A stretch of 60,231 bases of DNA, the filler included. It is 2 parts of 2 records of this genome, joined end to end, with 100 filler letters (N's around TTAATTAATTAA, not from the genome) between each part and the next. Parts side by side here need not be neighbours in the genome. Positions count along the whole stretch, not along the records: positions 30,050 to 60,231 come from SRR2962707_3636; 1 more part is not named here. The stretch is one strand, 5' to 3'. Below, piece after piece: positions 59,198-60,231 of the stretch (the first letter of the stretch is position 1; every line of letters begins with the position of its first letter). The translations under genes were made by a program, and so were the position numbers. The notes beneath the pieces are model-generated. The model had not been told where the DNA came from, did not search any database, and worked only from the letters and a program-made list of their open reading frames with translations.

Positions 59198-60231
59198 ATG
59201 TTTGATAGTTTAAGTGTAAAGCTGGATAGGGCGTTCAAAACGCTAAAAGGTCAGGGACAGATCACAGAGATCAATATCGCCTCTACCATTAAGGAGATTA
59301 GAAGGGCGTTGGTAGATGCTGATGTGAACTACAAGGTGGCTAAGGATGTGACTGATAAGATCAAGGAAGAAGCATTGGGTCGTGATGTTCTAATTGCTGT
59401 ATCTCCGGGGCAGTTGCTAACCAAGATCGTTTCTGAGGAATTAACCAAGCTGATGGGTGAGACGAACGTTCCCATTAGCATTGAAGGAAACCCAAACATT
59501 ATTCTGATCTCTGGTTTACAAGGTTCAGGTAAAACAACCTTCAGTGGAAAGCTTGCTAACCATCTCAAAAAGCAGGGACGAACCGTCTTACTGGCGGCTT
59601 GTGACATCTATCGACCGGCGGCAATTGATCAGCTGAAGGTGTTGGGTGAGCAGATAGGAGTGGAGGTATATGCCGAGCCTGAAAATAAGGATGCTGTACA
59701 GATAGCTAAGAATGCAATTAAGTACGCGAAGGAAAATGGCAAGAAATCCTTGATCATAGATACAGCTGGTCGTCTGGCAGTAGATGAGCAGATGATGAAT
59801 GAGATTTCTAATCTGAAAGAAGCAGTGAAGCCAGCTGAAACGCTTTTTGTGGTTGACTCCATGACGGGTCAGGATGCAGTGAATACGGCTGCTACCTTTA
59901 ATGAACGATTGGATTTTGATGGTGTCGTACTCACAAAGCTTGATGGTGATACACGAGGTGGTGCCGCGCTATCTATTCGTAAAGAGGTTGAAAAGCCAAT
60001 TAAGTTCATTTCTACTGGAGAAAAACTGGATGCGATTGATCTATTCCATCCGGATCGTATGGCCAGCAGAATTCTCGGAATGGGGGATGTGGTCAGTTTG
60101 GTAGAGCGTGCTCAGCAAAACTATGATGAGGATGAAGCCAGAAGAATTAATAAAAAGATTCGTAAGAATCAGTTTGGCTTTGATGACTTTCTTTCTCAAA
60201 TGGAGCAGATGAAGAAGATGGGAAGCATGAA
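59198..60231 (+). CDS. ffh: Signal recognition particle protein, runs off the window end (not in ORF track)
   Basis: Translated by hand: MFDSLSVKLDRAFKTLKGQG..., GLQGSGKTT, DIYRPAA, DTAGR, TKLDGDTRGG, RILGMGD. Confidence 0.97.
   Translation, partial: MFDSLSVKLDRAFKTLKGQGQITEINIASTIKEIRRALVDADVNYKVAKDVTDKIKEEALGRDVLIAVSPGQLLTKIVSEELTKLMGETNVPISIEGNPNIILISGLQGSGKTTFSGKLANHLKKQGRTVLLAACDIYRPAAIDQLKVLGEQIGVEVYAEPENKDAVQIAKNAIKYAKENGKKSLIIDTAGRLAVDEQMMNEISNLKEAVKPAETLFVVDSMTGQDAVNTAATFNERLDFDGVVLTKLDGDTRGGAALSIRKEVEKPIKFISTGEKLDAIDLFHPDRMASRILGMGDVVSLVERAQQNYDEDEARRINKKIRKNQFGFDDFLSQMEQMKKMGSM

Overview
Housekeeping and cell-envelope DNA from a Bacteroidota genome. The gene families, TAnnTTTG promoters and A-rich leaders without Shine-Dalgarno sites suggest a Cytophagia-like, probably aquatic organism (inference). 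The window is two contigs joined by an artificial 100-nt spacer (29950-30049) that truncates katG. About 65 CDS are supported, including metK, trkA, trkH, lgt, clpB, lemA, tonB, katG (partial), ptrB, hbd, fbaA, prc and ffh (partial), three MacB/FtsX-type ABC permeases, an ECF sigma module, several transporters and four small ORFs missing from the ORF track. No rRNA, tRNA, CRISPR array, transposase or integrase was seen. The most interesting signals: (1) an AT-rich SH3-domain gene packaged like an integron cassette between GTTRRRY/RYYYAAC cores with attC-like spacing, with no integrase in view. (2) A candidate ~90-nt ECF-sigma-driven sRNA whose loop (UUAGGUU) is complementary to an AACCUAA motif just upstream of eight start codons in the window. 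(3) A four-copy 31-bp REP-like palindrome. (4) Three tandem TM/coiled-coil paralogues with a conserved C-terminal Cys. (5) A katG-ankyrin-degenerate HemA-like cluster. (6) A membrane-anchored HTH protein facing direct repeats. All family calls come from motif recognition; no searches were run.
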